Origin: a virus
Virus record (IMG/VR): IMGVR_UViG_3300032053_000008
Strand: one strand, 5' to 3'
DNA length: 64,000 bases
This document shows, piece after piece, positions 48,220-57,258 of the stretch (positions are counted from its first letter, which is position 1; each line of letters begins with the position of its first letter). The notes under the pieces are model-generated. The model was not told the origin of the DNA, ran no database searches, and worked only from the letters and a program-made list of their open reading frames with translations. Made by a program: the position numbers and the translations under genes.

Positions 48220-50964
48220 TTATTGTACTGCTTCTTGGGTTACTTCGCTGATCGACAATGTGATTGGCACAAAGTAGATCAATCCTGCTAACTTAGCTTC
48301 AACCGTTACAGTCATTACACCGCCAACCAATCTAACAGAAGCATTCTTGTATCCAAGAGGTGCATCATTAGAAGTAGCGATCCACTTGAGTCGGTAAAAG
48401 TTATACATTTGACCTTGAAGGAAGGACAAGGCAGCTGCAGCCGAAACTTCAGCAACTGATTGACCAACCACAACTTTGTCAAAAGCATCGATCAAGCTGA
48501 GGGTCATCAAGTCAGCCAAGTAGACGGCCTGAATGCTGTTGAACACAAAGTTAGAGTCAAGCGTGTAGGTAGTTTGGTCGCTAACGAACCGGAACCCGCC
48601 AGTGTTCACAGATTCCAAAGGAAGGAGACCGGCCTTAAGGGCGGTTTCCTTTTGGCTATAGCTGCGAGCATTGTAACTTCCATCAGCATGGAACAAACCA
48701 GCGATATTAGCGAATTTTTTGACAATACCACGGTAACCAGCAGCTGCTTGCATACCTGATGCGATTACGGCAGCCATCCAAGGCTGGTAAGACACGATCA
48801 GACCGCTAGCGCTGAGGTTTCTAACGTCTTGGAAAGACAAAGAACAACGGAAAGAAGTTAAATCACCTGCAGCTTCTTGTTGTTCAGTAAAGGTGCCAAC
48901 TCGTGACAAAAATGCTTGGCGATTAGCTCTAGACTTAACAGCGCTGCTAGAAATTACGTTAGACTTACAGGCTGCATTAATGGCATCGATTGTATAAGTA
49001 GAGCTAGACGAAGTTTCGCCAGTAGCGATATCGGTCGTAGCATCAGCCGAGAACAAAGGAACCAGGAAGTTCAAAGTAAGGTCTTTGGTTGCCTCAACTG
49101 CTGAGATTACGTCAGCGCCAGTTGTGCCACCCCGAAGTCCGCCGCTAAGGAAGTTAAAAGGTACCAAAACTTCTGGCAAACCAGCTGTTGCTGCCATAAC
49201 AGTAGACACCAAAGTAGACGAAGCCATTTCAGCTGCCCAGTCAAAAGCATCATACTTGATGCGAGCTGCTTCGTATCCAGTGATACTAGAAGCACCAAAG
49301 GTAGCTTTGTCCAAAGACCTGGGTGATACAAAGTTGAATTTGCTAGAACCAATGCTAGCCGACCAACCATTTTGAGCATTAATTGAAGCAACCAAATCAG
49401 CTAGTGTCAAGATTGTGTCAAAACTGAAAGTCAAAACACCGTTTGTGTCAGTAAGAGTCATGGCAGATGAAGAAACTTGAACTGTAGCTGTAGCACTTGT
49501 ACTACCAATACGAACAATAATATCTCCACCAGCTTCAATGGTGTTTGTATTGGAACCTTGGGTTAAGGTCATGCGGTTGATATATTCTGCACTAGAAGTG
49601 TAGAAAGTATCACCAGCATCGCTAGCTGCACCAGCCGAAGTTCTCAAAAAGGCGTCATAGTCACCAAAGGTTTCCATGGACTTACCGGTACCATCGATAG
49701 TCGATTTCAGGACCGTAAAGCCAGCAACCACGGCACTAGCCGAACCACTGGTACCAGCACTGCCGTAGCTCATGCGGAAACAGGTGATAGAAGTAGAGGT
49801 AGAACCAGTTACGCTATAGAAACCAGGCTGAATACCAGCAAAAGCTGCAGTAACTTTAAGGATGTCGCCAACACTAGGTTTGCCAACAAAAGCAACGCTA
49901 GACGTAATAGATACATTAGTACCGTCATTAATAACAGTCCAGTTAGCAGTTCCAGTAGACACAGTGCGAGCTTGGCCGGTTATATTATAGATACTGACCT
50001 GTTCCCACAAAACCAAGTCTTTTTCGCCAGAGTCAATTACACCGCTACCGGCTTCGATTGGTCCAGCAACGTTAATTGGTTTAAGGGTCATAGAGGCGTT
50101 AGAGGCTGTATTGGTTACGCTAAGAACAACATAGCTACCAATATTACCGTTACTTGCACCTTTAACGCAAGAAGAAACAACCGCGCCAAAAGAACCGGCA
50201 GCAGGGATAATTACTGTAGACCCAAGAGCAGGTACAGCGGCAAATGTTTGGCCAGTAGCCAAGGTAATTTTCAGGTTAGTGGATTGGACACTAGCGGTAA
50301 GAGCGATACCTGCCTTACCAGACAAAGAAGCTATAGCTGCTCCACCGGAAACCATAATTCCATTAGAAACGCTACCAACGGCAGCAGCAAAAGCTGCTAC
50401 GTCATCGCCAGCAGACAAGGTAAATGCATGGTTAGATGAACCGTTGATGTTGATAGAGCATCCAGTTGTGCTACCGGTATACAAAGGTGTATAAGCTTTA
50501 AGTAGAATAGTTGGAACAATTTCAGATTGAGCGACTTCGGACTTATAACGAACAAGGTTACCGGAATCTCCACCACGTACTGCTGCCAAAAGAGCATAGT
50601 CGGCAATACCAGATCTAGTCAGGATTGCGGAAGCTTTAGTAGATGCATTGGTTTTGATAATACGGATAGAAGCTGGTGCTCCGGCTACTTGTGGGTCCGA
50701 CGAAGGAGCCACAATAGACCGGTAAGCATCGACAATACGGCCTGAACCGTACTTTTGCAAAACTGCGTCAAATTGGTCTGGTCCAAAGATATTGGCATTT
50801 AGGTCAGTTTCCTGACTAAAGCCAGGACCTTCGGCTGCTTCGCCGACAAGAGCGACAACGCCAGAGGTTGGAATACCGGTTTGGCCAGAAATGACCTTTT
50901 GGGTCACATACGTTCCTGGTACTGTTAGTACAAGTCCGTCTGCGGTGATTGTTTGTTGCGCCAT
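48220..50964 (-). CDS. tail sheath protein
   Basis: PGTY...VG.A..GP N-terminus; L.GG..G and conserved C-terminal sheath domain (DQTTY...F.P). Confidence 0.9.
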   Translation of the reverse strand: MAQQTITADGLVLTVPGTYVTQKVISGQTGIPTSGVVALVGEAAEGPGFSQETDLNANIFGPDQFDAVLQKYGSGRIVDAYRSIVAPSSDPQVAGAPASIRIIKTNASTKASAILTRSGIADYALLAAVRGGDSGNLVRYKSEVAQSEIVPTILLKAYTPLYTGSTTGCSININGSSNHAFTLSAGDDVAAFAAAVGSVSNGIMVSGGAAIASLSGKAGIALTASVQSTNLKITLATGQTFAAVPALGSTVIIPAAGSFGAVVSSCVKGASNGNIGSYVVLSVTNTASNASMTLKPINVAGPIEAGSGVIDSGEKDLVLWEQVSIYNITGQARTVSTGTANWTVINDGTNVSITSSVAFVGKPSVGDILKVTAAFAGIQPGFYSVTGSTSTSITCFRMSYGSAGTSGSASAVVAGFTVLKSTIDGTGKSMETFGDYDAFLRTSAGAASDAGDTFYTSSAEYINRMTLTQGSNTNTIEAGGDIIVRIGSTSATATVQVSSSAMTLTDTNGVLTFSFDTILTLADLVASINAQNGWSASIGSSKFNFVSPRSLDKATFGASSITGYEAARIKYDAFDWAAEMASSTLVSTVMAATAGLPEVLVPFNFLSGGLRGGTTGADVISAVEATKDLTLNFLVPLFSADATTDIATGETSSSSTYTIDAINAACKSNVISSSAVKSRANRQAFLSRVGTFTEQQEAAGDLTSFRCSLSFQDVRNLSASGLIVSYQPWMAAVIASGMQAAAGYRGIVKKFANIAGLFHADGSYNARSYSQKETALKAGLLPLESVNTGGFRFVSDQTTYTLDSNFVFNSIQAVYLADLMTLSLIDAFDKVVVGQSVAEVSAAAALSFLQGQMYNFYRLKWIATSNDAPLGYKNASVRLVGGVMTVTVEAKLAGLIYFVPITLSISEVTQEAVQ

Positions 50965-50985
50965 TTTATTAATAATCTCCCGTGC

Positions 50986-51207
50986 TTAGCTTTTTATTCC
51001 AAAATCACTCAAACCGTCATCAAAAGAGCCAGATTCGATAAATCCTCTGGCTGTAAAGTGCTTATATAGAACTTCTTTCATGTACGGTTCAAATTTATAC
51101 TTACGCTGAGACATTGCCCACCAGGTATCAAAACTCATAGCAGCCATAATGGGGCTAGGCAGTTGACTTGGCATATATTCGATGTCTGGTTTTTTCTTTT
51201 TAGCCAT
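50986..51207 (-). CDS. small hypothetical protein upstream of the sheath
   Basis: ATG 51207 after an AAGGAG RBS. Confidence 0.7.
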   Translation of the reverse strand: MAKKKKPDIEYMPSQLPSPIMAAMSFDTWWAMSQRKYKFEPYMKEVLYKHFTARGFIESGSFDDGLSDFGIKS

Positions 51208-51238
51208 TTCCAGCTCCTTAAAAAAATTAGGCTCAGTC

Positions 51239-52648
51239 TTATTTCTTCTTTGCTTTAGATGCCTTAGCATCTAAAGCAGCTTTCTTTTCTTTAGCTCTTA
51301 CGAAGTTATGTTTGTCGTCTTCAGCAAACTCTTTAGAATCTTCTTGTTCGCTTGAAACAGATTTATCTGGATTCACAGGGTTAGCCCAAGAATTATCCGA
51401 ACCCTTTTTTTTGTAATATTTAGGTTCCCACTCTTCTTTAACTAATGATTTAACCATATCCTTAGACCAGAAAGTACCCTTAGAGTTTTCCTGTTGTCCA
51501 CCTGAACCGTTTTGGCAATCTTTTGGAGCTTCTACAGTTTTAGGTGGGCAATTTGTCAAGTTTTTAGCTAACTTGATTAACAAAAGCTTAGAAGGATTAG
51601 AAATAAGCTTTAAGTCTTTGTTCTTTTTGTCTTTTAATGGCATTGCCATGATTTGCAAAGTCTTTTGCAGACTTTCTGCATATCCGGTACCCATTTCACC
51701 AGCTGCCTTGCTTAAAAGGAGCAGTTCATTTTTCATGAACTCTGGGAAACTGACAGCAAATTGGTCCCATTTAGCAAACTTAGGGATAAACGGGCTAAAA
51801 ATTTCTTTTTTAATAATTTGACGATCTTTTGCCGCAGTAAGATCTTTATCAATCTTTATTGCATGCATGTCTTGAGAATGTGCTTTTATTCTTGCAGTTC
51901 GCAGATCCCAAGGTCTCCCCTTTACTTCACCTCCACGGCTTTTAGCACGGTCTTTTGACTGATTTTTTTCCTCTGTTAAATCTGCATCCGATTCATTAAC
52001 GCTACCCTTGTTCATCATTCCCTCAACTGAAGACTCATTAGAAGGTATCATAGAAGCATCTGCTTTTACAATAGCTTTTTTAGAGGCTTGCTGCCGAGAC
52101 TGAATAGTATCTAGGGCAGTAGTTGGACCTTTAGGGGCGGTTGGTGCTGGAGCTGGAGCAGCTCCTTTACCATACAGTTTAGCCTTAAGGGCTTTAGTGT
52201 TGGCAGCTTGAGCGATAGGATGATTCATGTCTTTATAGTTCAAAACAGGCGCATTGGCTTCATTTGAAGCAGGTTTGGCGTTCATTTGCTGATAATTCAG
52301 AGTATTTCCAGTAGGTTCCGGTTTTTTAGGAGCTGGATTAAGTAAAGACAAGTCAGACTGTGGTTTATTGGTAGCCATGGTTGCTACTGCGGCTTGACCG
52401 GCTGGACTGGCTACGGCAGGCTTAGCTTTATGGGTAAGTGCATCCATAGCACTTTGAGCGGCTGGATTAAGACTAGCTTTAGCCATAGTAGGCTTAGGGG
52501 TAGCCATAGCTGCCGGAGCTTTTGGGGCAGCCGGAGCTTTTATTGCTGGAGCTGCTGCAGGCTTTGGAGCCGACATTTTAGGGGCAGCTGGGGCAGACGG
52601 TGCCGCTGGAGCTGTCGCTTTAGGCATACTTGGTTCTGCGGGTTTCAC
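51239..52648 (-). CDS. Ala/Pro/Lys-rich low-complexity protein, putative internal head protein
   Basis: PAAP/KAP repeats; many hydrophobic-x-K-[SAG] motifs; AGGAG RBS with GTG start. Confidence 0.65.
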   Translation of the reverse strand: MKPAEPSMPKATAPAAPSAPAAPKMSAPKPAAAPAIKAPAAPKAPAAMATPKPTMAKASLNPAAQSAMDALTHKAKPAVASPAGQAAVATMATNKPQSDLSLLNPAPKKPEPTGNTLNYQQMNAKPASNEANAPVLNYKDMNHPIAQAANTKALKAKLYGKGAAPAPAPTAPKGPTTALDTIQSRQQASKKAIVKADASMIPSNESSVEGMMNKGSVNESDADLTEEKNQSKDRAKSRGGEVKGRPWDLRTARIKAHSQDMHAIKIDKDLTAAKDRQIIKKEIFSPFIPKFAKWDQFAVSFPEFMKNELLLLSKAAGEMGTGYAESLQKTLQIMAMPLKDKKNKDLKLISNPSKLLLIKLAKNLTNCPPKTVEAPKDCQNGSGGQQENSKGTFWSKDMVKSLVKEEWEPKYYKKKGSDNSWANPVNPDKSVSSEQEDSKEFAEDDKHNFVRAKEKKAALDAKASKAKKK

Positions 52649-52695
52649 GTAAAACTCCTAGAGATAGAAAACCATGGATAAGATTAAGTTAAAAC

Positions 52696-55356
52696 TTAGA
52701 TCTTTGTGGACTTACCAGACGGAAGCATTTTGACCGCCGATAAATCGCTAGTATGTTGATTTTTAACGGGTATTTTGTCGTATAGCATAACTGAGTTAGC
52801 GAAAGTAGGGGACTCATGTCCGCTAGCTTTCCAGCCTTTATACCCCATAGACTTCAGTTCATTGTGGACCAGGTCTGGGTGACTAAGCGCGTGTTCGCTT
52901 GGTCCGTAGTGCTCTTTGTGCTTGTCTTTTACCTTGGCAAACACTTTGTCTGGGTCTTTGGACAAATCGTAGATGTCTTTGTCTTTGACTTGTATATGGT
53001 ACCTGGACAAGTTGTTGAACATTTGTTCAGCGTCTTCTCCATTAGATCCGTAAGTATGCAAATAGTTTGCAGGTTTAAAACCTGGCATATTATGGTTAAG
53101 GTATTCCCGGCTTTGCTGGATACGGGCCTTTTCTTTGCCTGCCTGACCGGTAAACTGGAAAGATGGGTCTAGGGACTGAAGGTCTGGATGCCTACTAAAA
53201 TGGACTAGATCTAGCACCTTAAAATTATCTTCAGCTTTGGATATTTTGTCCCAAACACCCATTGCTGCGGGGGTTTGAAGCGAGGAACCTAAAACCTCTT
53301 TACCGGAAACTTTTTGGGCATGTTGATACATTGCAGTTGCCAGCCCTTTTCTTTGATGTTCAGGGAAAACATTAGTCATACCAGGCATAAGTTTATTTTC
53401 ATGGAGTTCGTGAGGAACAATTATGGTATGGCCAACTATCTGACCTTGTGGACTTTTTGCATAAACGTGAAGTTCATCGTGCTCTTCCTTGTCAGACAAA
53501 TCTTCATCTTGATTTGCCTTCCATTCATGAAAAACATGATAACCTTCTTTTCGCCAATCACCATTTTGGCCTTTTTCTAAGTCTTCAGCTTTAGATATAG
53601 CTTCAGACACCTTGCGATTGTGTTTTGTGTTTGACATCACAGCCAAAACAGCTTCAGTCAGGTTTTGGCCCATACCTGCCGTAAGGTTAATAGAATACTT
53701 TGTTTCCAATTTGGTCATAAAGTCGTAAAGTTCAGATTTTTCGGTAGGCGGCAGTGTAAATATAAAATCGCTACCAGCAAACCCCAGGAAATCTCCTGCG
53801 TGCTCTTCTATAAAAGACTCTATGTCTATTTTGATGTGTTGCAGCTTTTTGATTTTGTCGGTTAGCTCTTTTGTGCTGTTAGATTCCAGGGAGTCAACTA
53901 TGAAATCATATATGTCCTGGAAAGACAAACACACGGTAACCGGTTTGTATTTTTTGTCTTTTGGGTGACTTTTTTCTAGGGACTTAAAAAGCTCTTCGCT
54001 TGGCTTAGGCCAGCCAAGGTTTACCATAGTTTCTATGGCTATTTGCCTTTGTTCGGATTTACCAAAAGGACGATTTTTTTGACCCCATAAAGCATAAGCA
54101 TCCTCTGATTGTTGACCATCAGTACCTCTAATCTTCTTACCAGTTAACTTTTCTGCCATTACATATGCCGATGTTGCTAACCCTTTACGTTGATGTGTAT
54201 CTTCGGTATCACTATTAACAATACCCAGATGTTTTCCAGTATGATCGTGTTCGAAAATATAAAGCCCTGCCAACTTACCGCTTGGATGATAGGCATGAAT
54301 AATTACGCCATATTTATTAACTTTAGGGGTAAGTTTATAGCCTTCTTTTTGCCAATCACCATTTTGACCTTTTTCTAGGTCTTCGGATTTGTTAACAATA
54401 CCTTTACGCTTAGCCATTTCTCCAGCCCATTTGCTGACGTTTCTGTCTGGATCTCTAAGGCCCATCTGAACCGTGGTTTCATCTGCACCAGGATGAGACA
54501 ATAAAAGCTTTTTTATTCCCCACTTAGGATGGTTCATCATAAAGTTAAGTTCAGCAGGTTTATAGTTTTTATGTTTAGCCATATAAGGGGCTGCTGCAGC
54601 ACCATGAGTATGAGGGGCACCAAAGTCACTGTTAACTATGTCGGTAGTTGGGAACTTGGTGTTGTCTCTAGGCACATTTTTGTGGGGGCTTACAATAAAT
54701 TCGTCTTCGTGTCCGTGACCGGCTGGATCTGTGTCAGGGTGACCTAACTCATAGCTGAACCAAACGTTCTTTAAAGGAACGTGCTGGTGATGTTCATGTT
54801 GACCAAATTGTCCTTGAGTTTTGTCGGCTATGGAATACAAAGCATGGTCATCTCCCCTTTGGCTTGGGGTTATGTTCATGTTCCTAGCCAGACGCAAATG
54901 GGGGGTACCATTAAGTTGGTCTACGGCCTTAGGGGCATTTTGGGTAATAGTGTCATGCAAGCTACGCTGGTGAGCTAGTAGCTGCGGAACAATATGAGGG
55001 TTTTGGGCTAGACCGGCGCTAAGGCTATCTGTAGTTATGTGACCAATCTTTTTCGCGGCATTGCCTTGTTGGTGATGACTCAAAAACGCCTGGTCCATCA
55101 TTTTTTGTTGGTCTGGCTTAGATGCCGAATAAGCGTCAGCATTTTCAGATCTGTGGATAGCGTACTTTAGCAAAAGAGATGAAGGTGAATGGGGAGAATG
55201 CTTATAGCTAGAATACATCTCATTTAGTGTAGCATTTGGCTTAAAGTGCGGCGTAGGTGCGCTAATAGGCAAACTAGAATGGACCTGTAGCCCAATTTGC
55301 TTGTCTTGGCTGGTACTAGAAGACAATGCACTTGGGTGTTTAGTCATCGTTATCAT
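52696..55356 (-). CDS. polyvalent effector protein: ART-like / GNAT / degenerate mCpol / GNAT / ART-like
   Basis: R-S-ExE pattern (LARN, YSIA, HEDEFIV); two HQRKGLAT acetyl-CoA motifs; mCpol-like AGSD...TAGMGQNL.EA; C-terminal VHFS...LDP...IYDL...GYKG. Confidence 0.75.
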   Translation of the reverse strand: MITMTKHPSALSSSTSQDKQIGLQVHSSLPISAPTPHFKPNATLNEMYSSYKHSPHSPSSLLLKYAIHRSENADAYSASKPDQQKMMDQAFLSHHQQGNAAKKIGHITTDSLSAGLAQNPHIVPQLLAHQRSLHDTITQNAPKAVDQLNGTPHLRLARNMNITPSQRGDDHALYSIADKTQGQFGQHEHHQHVPLKNVWFSYELGHPDTDPAGHGHEDEFIVSPHKNVPRDNTKFPTTDIVNSDFGAPHTHGAAAAPYMAKHKNYKPAELNFMMNHPKWGIKKLLLSHPGADETTVQMGLRDPDRNVSKWAGEMAKRKGIVNKSEDLEKGQNGDWQKEGYKLTPKVNKYGVIIHAYHPSGKLAGLYIFEHDHTGKHLGIVNSDTEDTHQRKGLATSAYVMAEKLTGKKIRGTDGQQSEDAYALWGQKNRPFGKSEQRQIAIETMVNLGWPKPSEELFKSLEKSHPKDKKYKPVTVCLSFQDIYDFIVDSLESNSTKELTDKIKKLQHIKIDIESFIEEHAGDFLGFAGSDFIFTLPPTEKSELYDFMTKLETKYSINLTAGMGQNLTEAVLAVMSNTKHNRKVSEAISKAEDLEKGQNGDWRKEGYHVFHEWKANQDEDLSDKEEHDELHVYAKSPQGQIVGHTIIVPHELHENKLMPGMTNVFPEHQRKGLATAMYQHAQKVSGKEVLGSSLQTPAAMGVWDKISKAEDNFKVLDLVHFSRHPDLQSLDPSFQFTGQAGKEKARIQQSREYLNHNMPGFKPANYLHTYGSNGEDAEQMFNNLSRYHIQVKDKDIYDLSKDPDKVFAKVKDKHKEHYGPSEHALSHPDLVHNELKSMGYKGWKASGHESPTFANSVMLYDKIPVKNQHTSDLSAVKMLPSGKSTKI
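53543..54384 (-). repeat. 44-bp direct repeat pair (53543-53586 and 54341-54384)
   Basis: Both copies encode EDLEKGQNGDWxKEG directly before a GNAT domain. Confidence 0.9.
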
Positions 55357-56407
55357 CCCCTATAATAACATGATAAGGGTCTTCTATTGGGCCGTCACCT
55401 AAAGTAGGGAAATCACTAGTAACTTGCCAAGATGGATTGTTTGGCTCGATAGGGTCAGTCAAACTAGTGCGTGGCTTATACCCAGCCCATCTACCTTTGT
55501 TATTGGGTCCATTAGGCCCATCTTCTATAAGAACTTGTCCTGTAATTACTTCCAGTTTAGGGGCAGCATGTTTAATCCAGGTGATTGGTACTACACCAGT
55601 CAAGGTTATATACCTAGAAAAAACAGTGTCGGCCTGGAAAGAATTATTTCTTTGAAGTGCGCTAGATGAAACTTTGGACAGCTCAAAAAGGCGACCTTCT
55701 AGGTAAGACTCTTTATATCGCATCAGGCAATACATCACAACCTGCCACATCCATATACAACATCCAGCATCGCCATTAGCATGACAAGCTATGGTGTAGC
55801 TTTCATTAATAAAAGAGATTTCTTGGTCTAGATTCCATACACCAAATTTGGTTCTGATGTGAGACCTGGAAAAGTTCTCCCTTAGATCAGGAGCTATTCT
55901 AAATGAATTGTTTCCGGTAACTTCGTATATTACATAAGCTTTATTGGTTTTGTTGGCTACCAGAAATTGGCCTTCTCTGATATTAGCCATGCTAACCGTG
56001 CTAGGCACAATAACTATACCAGTTACAGTGTCATAAGACTCTACGCTAAATGTAGGGGTAAGGTTTCTGGCATTTGTGACAATACCAGTTGGGTCAAATG
56101 GATCTATAAGCCTTTGGTCGCCCAAAGAGGTGCGGTCCATAGCTTCACTGTTGTCATTATACGAAACAATAATACATGGCACCGGAACCGTGTCGGCTAT
56201 ACGGTAAGCCAATAAAACAGGGATTTCATTATTTAAAAACCAGTTAGAAGCAGCTTCTACTTCTTTGTATCCATAGTCCTTAGAAGCAAGATAATCTTGA
56301 GCTAAGGTGCTAAATATGTCTTCAACTATCCACTTGTTTTTACGCAAATCCGCAATAGACGCTTCAAGCATCGTTTTTATCAAAATATCACTAGATAAAA
56401 CACCCAT
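55340..56407 (-). CDS. neck / tail-completion protein
   Basis: Synteny between head-completion genes and sheath; P.I.V...E...LG and F.R.I.L terminator-like patterns. Confidence 0.6.
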   Translation of the reverse strand: MGVLSSDILIKTMLEASIADLRKNKWIVEDIFSTLAQDYLASKDYGYKEVEAASNWFLNNEIPVLLAYRIADTVPVPCIIVSYNDNSEAMDRTSLGDQRLIDPFDPTGIVTNARNLTPTFSVESYDTVTGIVIVPSTVSMANIREGQFLVANKTNKAYVIYEVTGNNSFRIAPDLRENFSRSHIRTKFGVWNLDQEISFINESYTIACHANGDAGCCIWMWQVVMYCLMRYKESYLEGRLFELSKVSSSALQRNNSFQADTVFSRYITLTGVVPITWIKHAAPKLEVITGQVLIEDGPNGPNNKGRWAGYKPRTSLTDPIEPNNPSWQVTSDFPTLGDGPIEDPYHVIIGDDNDD

Positions 56408-57258
56408 TATGCGCCCCTGAAATAGTCTTCTAAAGACTTTACTATTTTGTCCCATTCTTTAGTAGCATAATCGTATGCGGCAGGAATACTGTGAAGAGGT
56501 TTAACTTCGGGGTACATCCACCTTCCCTCTGCCTCATGCTTGCTACTTACAACCCTAAATGTAACTACTTCTTTTTTGACCTTACCTCTTTTAGATGGTC
56601 TTTGGACCACAACTCCACCTGACAGATAGTGAGCACCTTCGTAGTTTGGTAGCCCTAGAGCTTCAGCTTCATCAGCTGTACGCCCTTTAGACCGGTATTG
56701 GTATATGTTGTCGCTAGCCGGGTCATTTAACTGAGGGATGTCTTTTAGCCTGTTAACTATGCCAATCATTGGCATTCCATCGGGGCCTTTTTCGATTTTA
56801 CGCATACTGACGCCATTTGCCTTAAGGGAGGCATCTATAGCTTCTCTCATACCAGAAGGAGTGGTCAGAGCGTTTTTGTCATGGCTAAAAGGTATGACCT
56901 TGAATTTACTGCCATCTTTGGCAGTCTTAAGTCCCGGACCTGGTTTAAGCAGCCAGTCTTCTGTTGCCATACTCACGGCTGGCCTACCGCTCTCGACCCA
57001 CTTAGCTGATTCATCGATTTCTACTACCCACATATTCTTAGAAACTTGTATCCATCTGATATTGCTACCATCTTCACCTAAAAATGCTTCTAGTGGGTAA
57101 CCTTTTAAGTGGTCCTGAGCATACTTGATAATAAAAGCGTGGGTGGAAATAGAAAGGGCCTCTACAGCCCCATTCAATTTCTTTGCTACCTCTTTTTCTA
57201 CAACACCTAGCTTATCAGCTATTTCTTTGTAGTTAGCCCTTATGGTAAAGTCGGTCAC
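56407..57258 (-). CDS. neck / head-tail joining protein
   Basis: K..KDG....VIPF.H and TFRVVS.......W.YP motifs seen in myovirus neck proteins. Confidence 0.65.
   Translation of the reverse strand: MTDFTIRANYKEIADKLGVVEKEVAKKLNGAVEALSISTHAFIIKYAQDHLKGYPLEAFLGEDGSNIRWIQVSKNMWVVEIDESAKWVESGRPAVSMATEDWLLKPGPGLKTAKDGSKFKVIPFSHDKNALTTPSGMREAIDASLKANGVSMRKIEKGPDGMPMIGIVNRLKDIPQLNDPASDNIYQYRSKGRTADEAEALGLPNYEGAHYLSGGVVVQRPSKRGKVKKEVVTFRVVSSKHEAEGRWMYPEVKPLHSIPAAYDYATKEWDKIVKSLEDYFRGA

Noticed and set aside
20546-54384. Diversity-generating retroelement TR/VR pairs
   Set aside because: Both repeat pairs are intragenic, their differences are not adenine-specific, and no reverse transcriptase is in the window.
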